A DNA stretch of 64,000 nucleotides from Eledone cirrhosa (GCA_964016885.1 OZ024762.1:18786001-18850000); one strand, 5' to 3'; counted from the stretch's first letter, positions 1 through 13,717 are shown. The notes: generated by a model not told the origin, from the sequence alone. Numbers and translations: made by a program.

Positions 1-85
1 GAATGCAAAATCAACCTGGGAGAAAAATTGTGTTCTCATCAGATAAAATAAGGTAACATAAGAGGCATAATAGCACTTGTTTTAC
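1..85 (-). mobile_element. Partial copy of HHR element family E (cut by the window edge)
   Basis: Matches 26798-26880 (gaatRcaaaatca..aattgtgttctcWtcagataaaataag..cataatagcacttgt); CTGATGA core on the minus strand at about 36-42. Confidence 0.7.
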
Positions 86-124
86 AGGAAAGTGCTAAGC
101 CTACACACACACATATATATATGT

Positions 125-670
125 ATATATAGTGTATTTTGCAATACACTGTATACTTAATTAAAAGCATTTCAAAGACCGTGCGCTATTGTTTTAGAGT
201 AGTGACAGTCTCACTTACTTTAAATTTTCAGTAAACAGGGGAGATAAAGCTGACAGACCTCTGTTTCGTACTTGTTGGTACTTATCAAAGCTAAGTACTC
301 CACCTGTTTTTCGAAAATCATGAATGTTTGATTCTTATAGAATTCTAGTAATAATCAGGAACTGATTATACAGAGCGGTTGTCGGTCAGGCAGTACGAAA
401 GCCGTAGCCGGTCAAAAGTACGAAGCAGAGCTCTGTCAGCTTTATATCCCCCTGTTTGCTGAAAATTTAAAGTAAGTGAGATTGTCACTACTCTAAAACA
501 ATAGCTTAAGGTCTTCGAAATACTTTTCATTAAGCATACAGTGTATTGCAAAATACACTATATATACATTCATATATATATCGCTATTTCAGAGCACCAC
601 TTCTAATTTTCAATTTCTGATTGACCGGCAACCGCTCTGTATAATCAGTTCCTGATTATTACTAGAATAT
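125..670. mobile_element. Fold-back HHR element (family A, related to the 310-bp array)
   Basis: 130-273 is the inverted repeat of 417-560, and 341-387 is the inverted repeat of 622-668. 565-655 (cattcatatatatatcgctatttcagagca..gaccggcaaccgctct..cagttcctg) matches the 310-bp unit. Flanked by TA/CA tracts. Confidence 0.75.
248..292 (-). ncRNA. Type I hammerhead ribozyme motif, U3-A8 variant
   Basis: Minus strand reads AGCT TTGATAA GTAC CAACAA GTAC GAAA CAGA GG TCTG TC AGCT; all three stems pair. Confidence 0.7.
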
Positions 671-1079
671 GTGTGAGTGTCACTCACACACATATATATA
701 CAATCACATATATATATATATATTCATATACATGTTTTGAAGATTGTATATATGTATATATACATATATAAAGAAATATATATATATACACACGCACACG
801 CACGCACACACGTTTAAAAAAAGGATACTCTATAGATAGATAGATAAATGTATATATACACACAGAAAGTCAAGTAAATCAAGAATCCATTCAAAAATTC
901 TACACACTTTATTTACTTGAGGCGTCTATTAAATTTGCCATCGTTATCTATATTTTTATATCTACATATCTAGCGGCTCTTGTAAGGTTTCCCTTCTTAA
1001 TATTTACCGCCTCACAGTGTGTACTGTATTTTTTTCTGCTGTATTCCTTTCCTTTTACATACATTCATTCATTTATTCA

Positions 1080-1317
1080 TACATATATGTATGTATGTAT
1101 GTATAAATATATATATATATTAAAAATATATATATATATGTAATATATATATATATGTATAATGTATGTGCCTATATATGTCTGTATATATATATATATA
1201 TACAGTTATATATATATTCAACACACATATATATATATATATATAGAAATATATATATATATATGTCTCTCTCTCTATATACATTTATATATATATTCAA
1301 CATATATATATATATAT

Positions 1318-1353
<36 letters not shown>

Positions 1354-1445
1354 GTATATATATATATATATATATACATTTATATATATATAGAGAGAGA
1401 TATTGAAAAATATATTTATGTATAATGTATGTGCGTATATATGTC

Positions 1446-1490
<45 letters not shown>

Positions 1491-1620
1491 TTCTATATAT
1501 ATGTTCTATATATATGTAATGTATGTGCGTATATATGTCTGTATATGTATATATTTGTATATATTTCAATATGTATATATAAATATAAATATATATATAA
1601 ATATATATATATATAAATTA
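1080..1620. repeat. (TA)n-derived compound microsatellite
   Basis: Direct reading; one of many such tracts in the window. Confidence 0.95.
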
Positions 1621-1749
1621 TACATCCTTCCATTTTGGTATCTCTATATTTTATTCAATATAATGTTTCCACACCATTGTTACATTACATATTCAAGAAT
1701 TCAAAATGACGCGTCTTCTTTGTTTTTTAGTAAGAAGTCAATATCCACT

Positions 1750-1862
1750 AGTAGTGGCTTCCTGGTTAAGGTGTTGGCCTCCTGGTTAAGGTGTTGGACT
1801 CCTAATCATATGGAAGTCGGTTCGATTCCTCGACCGGGTCCTGCATTGTGTCCTTGAATAAA
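1750..1862 (+). mobile_element. Degenerate tRNA-derived SINE head
   Basis: Duplicated A-box-like tggc..cctggttaaggtgttgg, B box ggttcgattcc, then the ttgtgtccttga core-like motif. Confidence 0.65.
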
Positions 1863-1979
1863 CGTTAGCATGACCGCTTAAATTGAACGGTATTCATTGG
1901 TTTGGATATATTTACAAAAATAAAAGGAGATACTTAGGATTTAATGGGGGGCAAAGGGGACATTGACCTGGGTCCCCTG

Positions 1980-4225
1980 CAACAACAACAACAGTAGCAG
2001 CAACAACAACAATAGCACTGCCAACAACACCAACACCACCACCACCATCAACAACACCACCACCGACACCACGACCAACAACACGACGACGACCACCAAC
2101 ACCATCACCAACAACAACAATACCACAACCACCACAACCACCATCACCACCACCACCACACCACCACTACACCACCACCACCACACCACCGCCGCCACAC
2201 CACCACCACCACACCATCACCACACCACCACCACCACACCACCACCACCACACCACCACCACAACACCACCACCACCACACCACCACCACACCACCACCA
2301 CAACACCACCACCACCACACCACCACCACACCACCACACCACCACACCACCACACCACCACCACACCACAACACCACACCACACCACCATAACACCACCA
2401 CACCACCATAACACCACCACACCACCATAACACCACCACACCACCACAACACCACCACACCACCACAACACCACCACACCACCACAACACCACCACACCA
2501 CCACAACACCACCACACCACCACAACACCACCACACCACCACAACACCACCACACCACCACAACACCACCACACCACCACAACACCACCACACCACCACA
2601 ACACCACCACACCACCACAACACCACCACACCACCACAACACCACCACACCACCACAACACCACCACACCACCACAACACCACCACACCACCACAACACC
2701 ACCACACCACCACAACACCACCACACCACCACAACACCACCACACCACCACAACACCACCACACCACCACAACACCACCACACCACCACACCACCACCAC
2801 ACCACCACACCACCACCACACCACCACACCACCACCACACCACCACACCACCACCACACCACCACACCACCACCACACCACAACACCACCACACCACCAC
2901 AACACCACCACACCACCACAACACCACCACACCACCACAACACCACCACACCACCACACCACCACAACACCACCACACCACCACAACACCACCACACCAC
3001 CACAACACCACCACACCACCACAACACCACCACACCACCACAACACCACCACACCACCACAACACCACCACACCACCACAACACCACCACAACACCACCA
3101 CACCACCACAACACCACCACACCACCACAACACCACCACACCAACACCACCACACCACCACAACACCACCACACCACCACAACACCACCACACCACCACA
3201 ACACCACCACACCACCACAACACCACCACACCACCACAACACCACCACACCACCACAACACCACCACACCACCACAACACCACCACACCACCACAACACC
3301 ACCACACCACCACAACACCACCACACCACCACAACACCACCACACCACCACAACACCACCACACCACCACAACACCACCACACCACCACAACACCACCAC
3401 ACCACCACAACACCACCACACCACCACAACACCACCACACCACCACCACAACACCACCACACCACCACCACAACACCACCACACCACCACCACAACACCA
3501 CCACACCACCACCACACCACCACCACAACACCACCACCACAACACCACCACAACACCACCACCACAACACCACCACAACACCACCACCACAACACCACCA
3601 CAACACCACCACAACACCACCACAACACCACCACAACACCACCACAACACCACCACAACACCACCACAACACCACCACAACACCACCACAACACCACCAC
3701 AACACCACAACACCACCACACCACAACCACCACCACAACACCACCACAACACCACCACAACACCACCACAACACCACAACACCACCACACCACAACCACC
3801 ACCACAACAACCACCACCACACCACAACCACCACCACCACCACAACCACCACCACACCACAACCACCACCACAACAACCACCACCACACAACAACCACCA
3901 CCACACAACAACCACCACCACACAACAACCACCACCACAACAACCACAACAACCACAACAACCACAACAACCACAACAACCACCACCACAACAACCACCA
4001 CCACAACAACCACCACCACAACCACCACCACAACAACCACCACCACCACAACCACCACCACCACCACAACCACCACCACAACAACCACCACAACAACCAC
4101 ACCACCACCACACCACCAACACAACAACACCACAACAAGACAACACCACACAACACCACCACCACACCACCAACACAACAACACCACAACAAGACAACAC
4201 CACAAGCGCACCTACAACACCACAA
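1980..4225. repeat. (CAC/CAA)n-derived simple repeat containing a ~19-bp higher-order unit (caccacaacaccaccacac)
   Basis: Direct reading. Confidence 0.95.
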
Positions 4226-4502
4226 GAGGAGTATTTAAAGATATTGTGAAAAAGCGAGGATATTTATTGTTCTCGTTTAAATCCTCACTTGCTTCTGAAA
4301 GCAAGTGAACGATGGAGAATCACTTTGCAAACAAGCATTAGAGAAATTAATTAAATGGCATTGCAAACGATCAGTCCCTTGAGGTTTAACACGAGCATTG
4401 TAATTATTGAAGCTATTTCATAAATAGTTACAACTCTACACTAGATCACGTAAAGATCAATAATATTTCAGGAGAGCTGAGAGCGTCTAAAGTCAAATTA
4501 TT

Positions 4503-5357
4503 TTAAACTTTCTCTCTGCTCTTCTATGGAGGCCCGTGTCCAAGTGGTTAAGGTGTTATGCTCGGGAGATAGGATCTTTGATAGGTCAGTGTTTTGTGTT
4601 TTTGAATAAAACACTTTATTTCACGTTACTCTTAAACTTTCTCTCTGCTCTTCTGTTAAGGCCTGTGTCCAAATGGTTAGGGTATTATGTTCACGAGGGT
4701 GTTATGCTCGGGAGATGGGATCTTTGATAGGTCAGCGTTTTATGTTTTTGAATAAAACACTTTATTTCACGTTACTCTTAAACTTTCTCTCTGCTCTTCT
4801 GTTAAGGCCCGTGTCCAAATGTTTAGGGTATTATGTTCACGAGGGTGTTATGCTCGGGAGATGGGATCTTTGATAGGTCAGCGTTTTATGTTTTTGAATA
4901 AAACACTTTATTTCGCGTTAATGTTAAACTTTCTCTCTGCTGTTCTGTATAGGCCCGTGTCCAAGAGGTTGCGGTGTTAGGCTCACGATTTTAAGTTTGG
5001 GAGATCGGATCTTAGATCGGTCAGTGTTTTGTGTTTTAGAATAAAATACTTTATTTCACGTTAATACAAAACCTTCTCTCTGCTCTTCTGTGGAGGCCCA
5101 TGTCCAAATGGTTAGGGTGTTATGCTCACGACTGAAGCTCGGAAGATCAGATCTTTGATAGGTCACCGTTTTGTGTTTTGGAATAAAATACTTTATTTCA
5201 CGTTAATATTAAACCTGGTTTCTGTTCCTCCGTGAATGTCCGTGGCTAAGTGGTTAGGCTTTTGGGCTTACGATCACGATCTTAATTAAAGTTGACAGAT
5301 CGAATCTTGGACAAGTCAGCGTTTTGTGTTCTTGAACAGAATACTCTATATCACGTT
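4503..5357 (+). repeat. Tandem array of about 6-7 tRNA-SINE head units (~120-137 bp)
   Basis: Repeated ttaaactttctctctgctcttct..ggcccgtgtccaartggttagggtgtt..gatc..gataggtcag.gttttgtgttttgaataaaacactttatttcacgtt. Confidence 0.8.
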
Positions 5358-5624
5358 CATCCTCCTGACAAGGGTTTCGCGCTCAGCAGAAAGTATCAAC
5401 GATGGAAAGACCAATAGAAACATTGTCTCCGTAGTTTTATTTGACATGTGTTAAAATGTCCTTGTTAGTGAGACCAGCGGTTGTAAAAACTCTACAAATG
5501 TTTTAATGCTATTTTTCTCCTTGTGGTATATTAAACATTTATGTTGTGTGTATATTATAGTATGAATATATTGAATACTGTCTGCTACTTACATTCTGTC
5601 TTCTCTTGTGGCCTTGATGACAAA

Positions 5625-6210
5625 CACACACCCACACATATATTTATATATGTGGGTGTGTGTGTGTGTATGTATATATATATATGTATGTATATGTGTG
5701 TATATGTATATATATATGTATATATATGTGTATATATATGTGTATATATACATATATATATATGTATACATATACATACATATATATACATATATATACA
5801 TGTAGACATATACATACATATATATATACATGTATATATATATACATACATATACATACATATATATACATATATATACATATACATACGTATACATACA
5901 TATATATACATATATATATATATGTATACATATACATACATATATATACATGTGTATATATATGTATATATATACATATACATACATATATATACATATA
6001 CATACGTATACATACATATATATGTATATATATACATATATATGTATATATATACATATATATACACATGTATATATATACATATGTATATGTATATACA
6101 TACATATACATACATATACATATTCATACATATATATATATACATATATATGTATCTATATACATATAGATACATATATATGTATGTATATATATATATA
6201 TATATATACA
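5625..6210. repeat. (TA)/(TACA)/(TG) microsatellite
   Basis: Direct reading. Confidence 0.95.
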
Positions 6211-6922
6211 TTGTTCAAGGGAATGTCGGTTCATACACACGTTGGTATTGTTGATAGTTGTTGATAGTTGTAGTTGCTGTAGTTGCTGTAGTTACTGTTG
6301 TCAGTGGTGTTAGGAATGTCTTTTGTTCTCCTGTTTCGTTGGGAAGGTGTTAATAAAATGGTGGTACATTAAATATTAATTGCACTTCCTTTCACTCTGT
6401 ATCGGTTTAATATTCAATATTTTAAAAGCTGGAGAGGTTTAATGTGTTCGACACCTTCATATTTAGTACGCAAATCTCCACCAAATCACACCCCACTCCT
6501 CGATATTTTAGATGCTAAACAACAGGTTTCTGTCCTGTCTAATGTTTATGGTGGATGTGATTACTCAACTTTCCCACCCTTCGGTGATTTACGTTTTGTA
6601 GGTGAAAAGGGTGAAATTGGGTAGACAGAAATTGTGTGGAAGCCCACATGATGAACTCTATTTGTAATTTAAGGGTTTGTCTTGTCGTCGCACTATGTGT
6701 CATATTTTTAGTAGAGGATTGGTTTAATAGTACTCGTGCTTATGGAATATTGTAATACTTAGGCACTTAGACGGTCATGCATTAGGCCGGCGGATACTTC
6801 AATTAATCGAAGAATGAACTAGAATGTTATTTCTCGCCCTAGCACAGCTGATACATAAATGTAATATATATATATATATATATAAATTTTATTTCTACCA
6901 CAGCTGATACATAAATAAATAA

Positions 6923-6974
<52 letters not shown>

Positions 6975-6980
<6 letters not shown>

Positions 6981-7028
6981 ATTTCTCACTCTACCACAGC
7001 TGATACATAAAAGTAAGTATGCATACGT

Positions 7029-7078
<50 letters not shown>

Positions 7079-7492
7079 CTGTATATATACATATACACAC
7101 ATAGATATATATACATATCTGTATATATATACATATGTATGTATGGGTTATATCGAACATTAATAATAATGTTCGATTCGTTTGTAAAGAAAGGAGCCCG
7201 ATTTATGCTGTGCCGATGACCGATCGTCACCTGTTTGTTCAACAGAGCCAGTGTTGTACAAACAGGTGACGATCGGTCATCGGCACAGCATAAATCGGGC
7301 TCGTTTCTTTACAAACGAATCGAACATTATTATTAACGTTCGATATAACATATACACACATACATATACATATGTACGTATGTGGTGTATATGTATACAT
7401 ACAGATATATATATATATATATATATAATGTGTGTGTACTTATGCATACTTACTGTTTATGTATCAGCTGTGTTAGAGCAAGGAATAAAATT
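6975..7492. repeat. Large fold-back with a near-perfect ~200-bp core palindrome (7148-7348)
   Basis: gttatatcgaacattaataataatgttcg..gtcacctgtttgttcaaca / tgttgtacaaacaggtgac..gttcgatataac. The flanks (cacagctgatacataa..gtaagtatgcata) are also mirrored. Confidence 0.9.
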
Positions 7493-7719
7493 CTTATTTT
7501 ATATTATATATATATACAAAAACGCACAAATATATATCTACATCACATAAAATATATCTTTATGCATACATATATGTATACGCACACACTTATATATATA
7601 TATATATATATGTTTATATATATATGCACATATACACAAATGCACATATACATATATATATATACTCGTACACACACACACACATGTATATACACACAAA
7701 CGCACATATATATATATAT

Positions 7720-8412
7720 AAACACAGACATAAACACACAGACATAAACACACAGACATAAACACACAGACATAAACACACAGACATAAACACACAGACA
7801 TAAACACACAGACATAAACACACAGACATAAACACACAGACATACACACACAGACATACACACACAGACATACACACACAGACATACACACACAGACATA
7901 CACACACAGACATACACACACAGACATACACACACAGACATACACACACAGACATACACACACAGACATACACACACAGACATACACACACAGACATACA
8001 CACACAGACATACACACACAGACATACACACACAGACATACACACAGACATAAACACACAGACATAAACACACAGACATAAACACACAGACATAAACACA
8101 CAGACATAAACACACAGACATAAACACACAGACATAAACACACAGGCATAAACACACAGGCATACACACACAGACATACACACACACACAGACATACACA
8201 CACACACAGACATACACACACAGACATACACACACAGACATACACACACAGACATACACACACAGACATACACACACACACAGACATACACACACGCACA
8301 GACATACACACACACACAGACATAAACACACACACAGACATAAACACACACACAGACATAAACACACACACACAGACATACACACACACACACAGACATA
8401 CACACACACACG
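7720..8412. repeat. (CA)-derived 14-bp minisatellite (cacacagacataMa)
   Basis: Direct reading. Confidence 0.95.
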
Positions 8413-8714
8413 CATGTGTGTGTGTGTGTACCAATTATGGAAGACGCCGCTTTTATTGGTTTTAATATAGTGTTGTTTCTAGGTTTCGGACCCCATGGTA
8501 ATTGACATGTGTCTCCATCAATCTCTTTCATCCGGTAGTGTTATGCTTTTCTTTTATCCCTGATCCGGATAAACAGAATTCTCCATTCGATTCCCGAATG
8601 GGAAAATGTCTAACTTATTTCTCTCTCTATATATATCAAGTGGACAGTTCCTTTGATGTAGGCCGGGGTAACATATCAGAAATTTCAGGTTTTTGTATAT
8701 ATGTTTAATTGAAA

Positions 8715-9065
8715 GTGTTCGCAGTATTGCGAAATGGTTAAGAAGTTCGTTTGGTATTGATTATATCCCGAGTTCGATCCCAATGCGTGCCATTTTCGAT
8801 AAATCTACATTTACCATAGCTTGGGTTGACTCGTGCTTTGTGAGTGACATTGGGTAGACTGAAAGCGTTTGGTAGTCTCTCGGATGGACTACTATACCTG
8901 TAATTCATTGGGGGAAAGCCTTTTCGTACATTGTGTTGCTCTCAATCTACATGCAAATTACGTTAAAGGAACATGTATCTAGTGTGTCTCGGGACTGTTC
9001 ACCGAGTCAGACGTTCATTTTATGTGCTAACTGTTCGGTTGACCGAATAATTGGAACAACCATCT
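8715..9065 (+). mobile_element. Old tRNA-derived SINE
   Basis: A-box-like tgcgaaatggttaagaagttcg and B box gagttcgatccca; body resembles 6570-6700 (tgggtagac.gaaa). Confidence 0.55.
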
Positions 9066-9310
9066 ATATATAAATTTGAGCGATATCCGTCCGCCCGTCA
9101 CACAATGTGTGTGTGAATGTATGTGTGTGTAAAAGGAAGGAAGGGGGTGGTGAAAAGGCTATAGCAAAACAGTGTGCTTGTGTAAATGTATGTGTGTTTG
9201 TGTGAATGTATGTGTGTGCTTGTGCGTGTTTGTTTGTGCGTGTTTGTGCGAATGTATGTGTATTTGTGTGAGTGTGTATTTTTGTAAGTGTGTCTGTATT
9301 TGCGCGTTTA

Positions 9311-9492
9311 TAATAATTTTCTACTTTTGGCACAAGGCCAGCAATTAACCCGGTAGATTACTGGTACTTTATTTTATCGACCTCGTAAGGACGAAAGACA
9401 ACGTTAATCTCGGAGGGATTTTAACTCAGTCCATAAAGGGCCGTAACTCTTAGCTGCAAAGCATGGCGTCAGACCCCCTACTGCTTCTGCCA
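9311..9492 (-). mobile_element. tRNA/Nin-domain SINE copy
   Basis: Reverse complement of the 21406-21593 consensus (ctggtactttattttatcgacc..aagg). Confidence 0.85.
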
Positions 9493-10440
9493 TACACGCG
9501 TCAGATTTTTGAAAAACATTCTAGCCGTTTAGAATGTCCAAGACATGCTGTATGTCACAACGGCGCCCCACGCCTACCTGAAGAGTTAAAAGACTCAATT
9601 TTTTTTTCCATTTGTATATCTCTAAAGTGATTATATATGTTACGTTTCTCTCGAGATACTCTACTCTCTAGCTCTTTTGATATCAATCTGCCTAAACCCG
9701 ACTCTGGTCCTATTTAACCAAACAACCCATTTTAAAGGGTTCCTAACTAAATTCAGACCGTCCAACATACTTTTATATATGAACAGTTTTGTTAAGTTAC
9801 AGACATCTTAACAAAATTAAGGGGGTTGGAGAAGATATCATTGGCTGACTATGAGATTTTCATCACACACACATATATATATATATATATACATATCATA
9901 CATATAGATATATACATACATATATACATATCATACATATATAGATACACATATTCATATTATACATACATGTATACATACATTTTGACATATACATATA
10001 TAAATATCATACATATATACATATACATATATAGATACACATATTCATATCATACATACATGTATACTTATACATATACATACATGTATACATACATTTT
10101 GACATATACATATATAAATATCATACATATACATACATATATACAGTAGAACCTCGCAGTACAAGTGCCCCATTGTACGAGTAATTTTCTGTACGAGCCG
10201 AGGCCTATACGGATTAGTAGGGGAATAAGCAATTGGTTGCGAACGAGGACTCATGCCACCCTTCTACAGTTTTTAGAAACTTCGTGAAAAATAGCGGCAC
10301 TAGAATCTCTAACCTCACCTCTAATAAAGCAATCTTTGACAGAGCGGCACCCTACTACATCTTGGCGTTAGCTAACAGCTGCTTCTCGCAACCAATTACT
10401 TACTCCCCCACTAACACCAACAGCAATAAGAAAAGAAATC

Positions 10441-11073
10441 GTGCTAATAGAAAACAATTTCTCACTCAACGGGAAAATTAATGTAGCCAAAAATATTTTA
10501 GCTCTCTTAGATAGATACTTCCCCATAGGTCACAAATACCACTCCATCTTTAACAGACACATGGTGAAACTAGGACACTCCTGTGCTAAGAATATGAAGG
10601 CCCGCATCAACAACAGCCCTAAGAACAACACCCCACCAGGATTCTCTTGCCGAAAGCCTGATGCTTGTCCCCTTCAACAAAAATGTAACACACCCGCTGT
10701 CATTTACGAAGCTGTAGTCACTTCTAACCGAACAAATCAACAACAAGAAGGTAAATCCTATGTAGGTATGGCGAAGGGCCGGTTTAAGGGACGCTTTCTG
10801 GCCCATCAGTTGACCTTTAGATACCCGGACAAACGATCGTCCACGAAGCTCGCGAGCCACGTATTGGCCCTCAAGGACTCGGGCGTAGATTACTCCATCC
10901 AATGGAGAGTTATTACTAACTCTAAGCCATACGCAAATGGGAATCCGTCTTGTGGGCTGTGCATTGAAGAAAGAATCAATATCATGAGAAGGTTACGTAA
11001 TAGCGCTCGTCTAAATTCAAGGAATGAACTTTTTTCACGTTGTCCACACGTCTGGAAACATCTATTACACTAA
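10441..11073 (+). pseudogene. PLE GIY-YIG endonuclease domain (C-terminal fragment)
   Basis: IFNRHMVKLGHSC; Cys linker SCRKPDACPLQQKC; VIYEAVV..YVGM (GIY-YIG); RF..H..TF; CGLCIEE; LNSRNELFSRCPH. Confidence 0.92.
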
Positions 11074-11266
11074 CTAGAAAGCTCTAGATTGACTAACATG
11101 AACAATATTTAATATTCTGAATAACTTGAATAATTTATTCCGAGCATCCATAGTTATCTCCCTAACATCCATCTATTGTGGGCTTACCTCCCTCTGGGGA
11201 AATGACTGTTTCTGCACATGCATATTCGAACAGTTGTTTTTCCTTTTCCGTACAACCTCATTTAAA

Positions 11267-11296
11267 CTGAGCTAATGATGAAACAATTGTTCTCGG
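11267..11296 (+). ncRNA. Degenerate HHR remnant lacking stem II
   Basis: CTGAG CTAATGA T GAAA CAATTG TT CTCGG: stem I and the palindromic stem III are present, stem II is absent. Confidence 0.5.
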
Positions 11297-11330
11297 TATG
11301 GGGAACTAACTGTTGTGGAACTACTTATAT

Positions 11331-11491
11331 ACAGGTAGAATTCCGTTATAACAAATACCATTATAACGAATTTTTCAGTATAACGGAATTTTTTCAATTC
11401 GCTCGATGTGTTAGTTCGATCTCGTTATAAAGAATTTTTCGTTACAACGAATTTCTTTTTATACCTCGTGAATATCGTTATAACGGAATTT

Positions 11492-11498
<7 letters not shown>
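11331..11498. mobile_element. Tc1/pogo-type MITE
   Basis: TIRs cag(g)tagaattccgttataac / cgttataacggaatttcact, internal ttataacga subrepeats, TA flanks. Confidence 0.75.
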
Positions 11499-11537
<39 letters not shown>

Positions 11538-12031
11538 GTTAGGAAGGCGAGGCTGTGTGGTTACTGAAAACGAAGTGTTAGAAGGTAAGGGGACACAAAC
11601 AAAAGATGAAAAATTTCTCTTCGTCAGCTGTTTACTACGGATCATGGATGTCTTGGTGCATTATAAACAGAACATCGATCCGTAGCGCGCCCATCACATT
11701 TTATCTATCAAAAGGCCATGAGGGAAAGAAGTGATAGCGAAGAGAGAGAGGAAGATAGAAAAAGGGAAGAAGAAAAAAAGGAAAAAAACGGAGTAAACAT
11801 ACTGATAGAAGGGTGAACACAGGACAATGGCAAATATACGTGAGTAATCAAAGAGAAATATATATATATATATGTCTCCCCTTCCCGCTTCGTGTCGCTA
11901 TGATACTTCCTCAGTCAAAAACTGCTGGAATTTCAAATTTAGCGGTCATTCGAGGTGAGAGAGACCAACTTTACGGACATGATTTTTAACAGCGGTAAGA
12001 AATTGTTTTCTTATATCAATGTTTAATGGGC

Positions 12032-12157
12032 TTCCACTGACGATTTATAAGTGCCCACCTAAATATATTCTTACATGAATATATATTAGGCTTCTACATA
12101 AACTGGAAACATTCTCCCAAACTTGTAGAAAACTTATAATGAAACAATTGTTTGGAA
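12032..12157 (+). ncRNA. Type I HHR with a large branched stem II insertion
   Basis: TTCCA CTGACGA T-TTATAAGT [two internal hairpins] ACTTATAA-T GAAA CAATTG TT TGGAA. Confidence 0.75.
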
Positions 12158-12684
12158 AGAGAGATATACTTTAACTTTAATTATATCTCATAAAATAATA
12201 CAACTGGTTTGTCTACATTATACATATTGTTAGCACCCCAAACACTTAAATTGGGTTTATATTTTAATATAACCTAATGTTTGTTGAGTGAGATGGTTAC
12301 CAGTCAGAGTTTAGCTTTAAACTATCTCTGTTATTGTATTAAATATATATATATATATATATATAACATAATTTAGAGTTTACACTCAATGGGGTCATTT
12401 ACAATTATTTTAGCTCTAAGAATCATTTCTGAGCAGTATGTGAAACATGTTTAAATTTTGAAGTTCGGACTGATCTGCGGAAAAAGTTTGTATTTTGAAA
12501 TTTAAACGTGTCTAGGTCCCAAGGCCTTTTGCCGATATGTGTTTGTGAGTATTGATATATTATTTTTTAGATCGACACAGGCAGACTATATGTATTTGAA
12601 TTAAGATATTTCATTCTAGCTATTTTATTGTCAATTACAACAAAAACACGTAAGTGTTTATCATATATTAATATATATATATAT

Positions 12685-12955
12685 ATAGTAATAATAATAA
12701 ATTTGAAGACTAAAATCCAAAGAGGGCTCGATAAGGATAAATATATATCAAATATATAAGAACCGTACAGCAAATATTTATTAAAATAACAGATTCAAGT
12801 GTAAGCAAAGAATCGCTGCTTTCACAAAGACGTTTTTCGAAATATATACTTCTGCGTTCACAGATGGATTTTTTTTTTAGTTTCAGAAGATCCCGTTCAG
12901 GGTGAAAGCAGCGATTCTTTACTTAAACTTTAATCTGTTATTTTAATAAATATAT
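12685..12955. mobile_element. Fold-back HHR element family B
   Basis: tatttattaaaataacagatt..aagcaaagaatcgctgctttcac is inverted against gtgaaagcagcgattcttt..aatctgttattttaataaata. Other copies at 20190-20608, 17905-17948 and 55390-55432. Confidence 0.8.
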
Positions 12956-13534
12956 ATATAGTGTGTGTGTGTATACACATATGAGAGAGCGTCACACACA
13001 AACACACATGCATTCACACATACATTATATAGTGTGTTAGTGTGTGTATACATATAAGAGAGTCATATATATACATATATATATATATAGTGTGTGTGTG
13101 TGTATGTGTCCGTGTGTTTTACAATACAGTAAAGAAACCTTCAAATTGAGTAACTATGCTTCAGCGCTTGAAATAATGTTGTGAAATATTAAATGTTTAG
13201 CTCCGATTCCATTACAATGGTTTATTATATTGACAATTAGAAAGTATAAGATGCTAGAGAGAGTGATAGAAAGAGGGGAGAGAGAGAGAGAGAGAGAGAA
13301 GGGTTGAGGGAGGGAAGAGTGAGAGATAATGGAGGGAGCAAAGAGAGAGAGTGATAGATGATGGGGGAGGGAAGAGACAAAAAGAGAGAGGGGGCAGTTA
13401 GAAGTAACCTTGGAAGACAGAATTCGCCATTGTAATATCATGCTGTTTATTGGAAATATACATCATACACATGTACATACATAAGGGCAAAGATACGCGC
13501 TTACAGACATAGAAGCATAGATATACCTATCTAG

Positions 13535-13535
13535 A

Positions 13536-13588
<53 letters not shown>

Positions 13589-13607
13589 TTCACATATATA
13601 TATATCC

Positions 13608-13654
<47 letters not shown>

Positions 13655-13717
13655 CAGATATACATATATTCAGATATATATATATATCCATGTATATATA
13701 CATATATATATATATAC

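Larger units (their letters stand above)
10233..11330 (+). mobile_element. 5'-truncated Penelope-like retroelement (Naiad-type): thumb, linker, GIY-YIG endonuclease and 3' pLTR region
   Basis: Frames 10233-10481 (HPS..RISNLTSNKAIFDRAAPYY..AL) and 10441-11073 join across a frameshift; followed by a UTR with an HHR remnant. Confidence 0.9.

Noticed and set aside
8440-8525. HHR-like motif on minus (TTGATGG AGAC..GTCC GAAA)
   Set aside because: Core and stems I/III are too degenerate to support.
10144-10200. MITE-like left end (cagtagaacctcg..)
   Set aside because: No matching right TIR was found.
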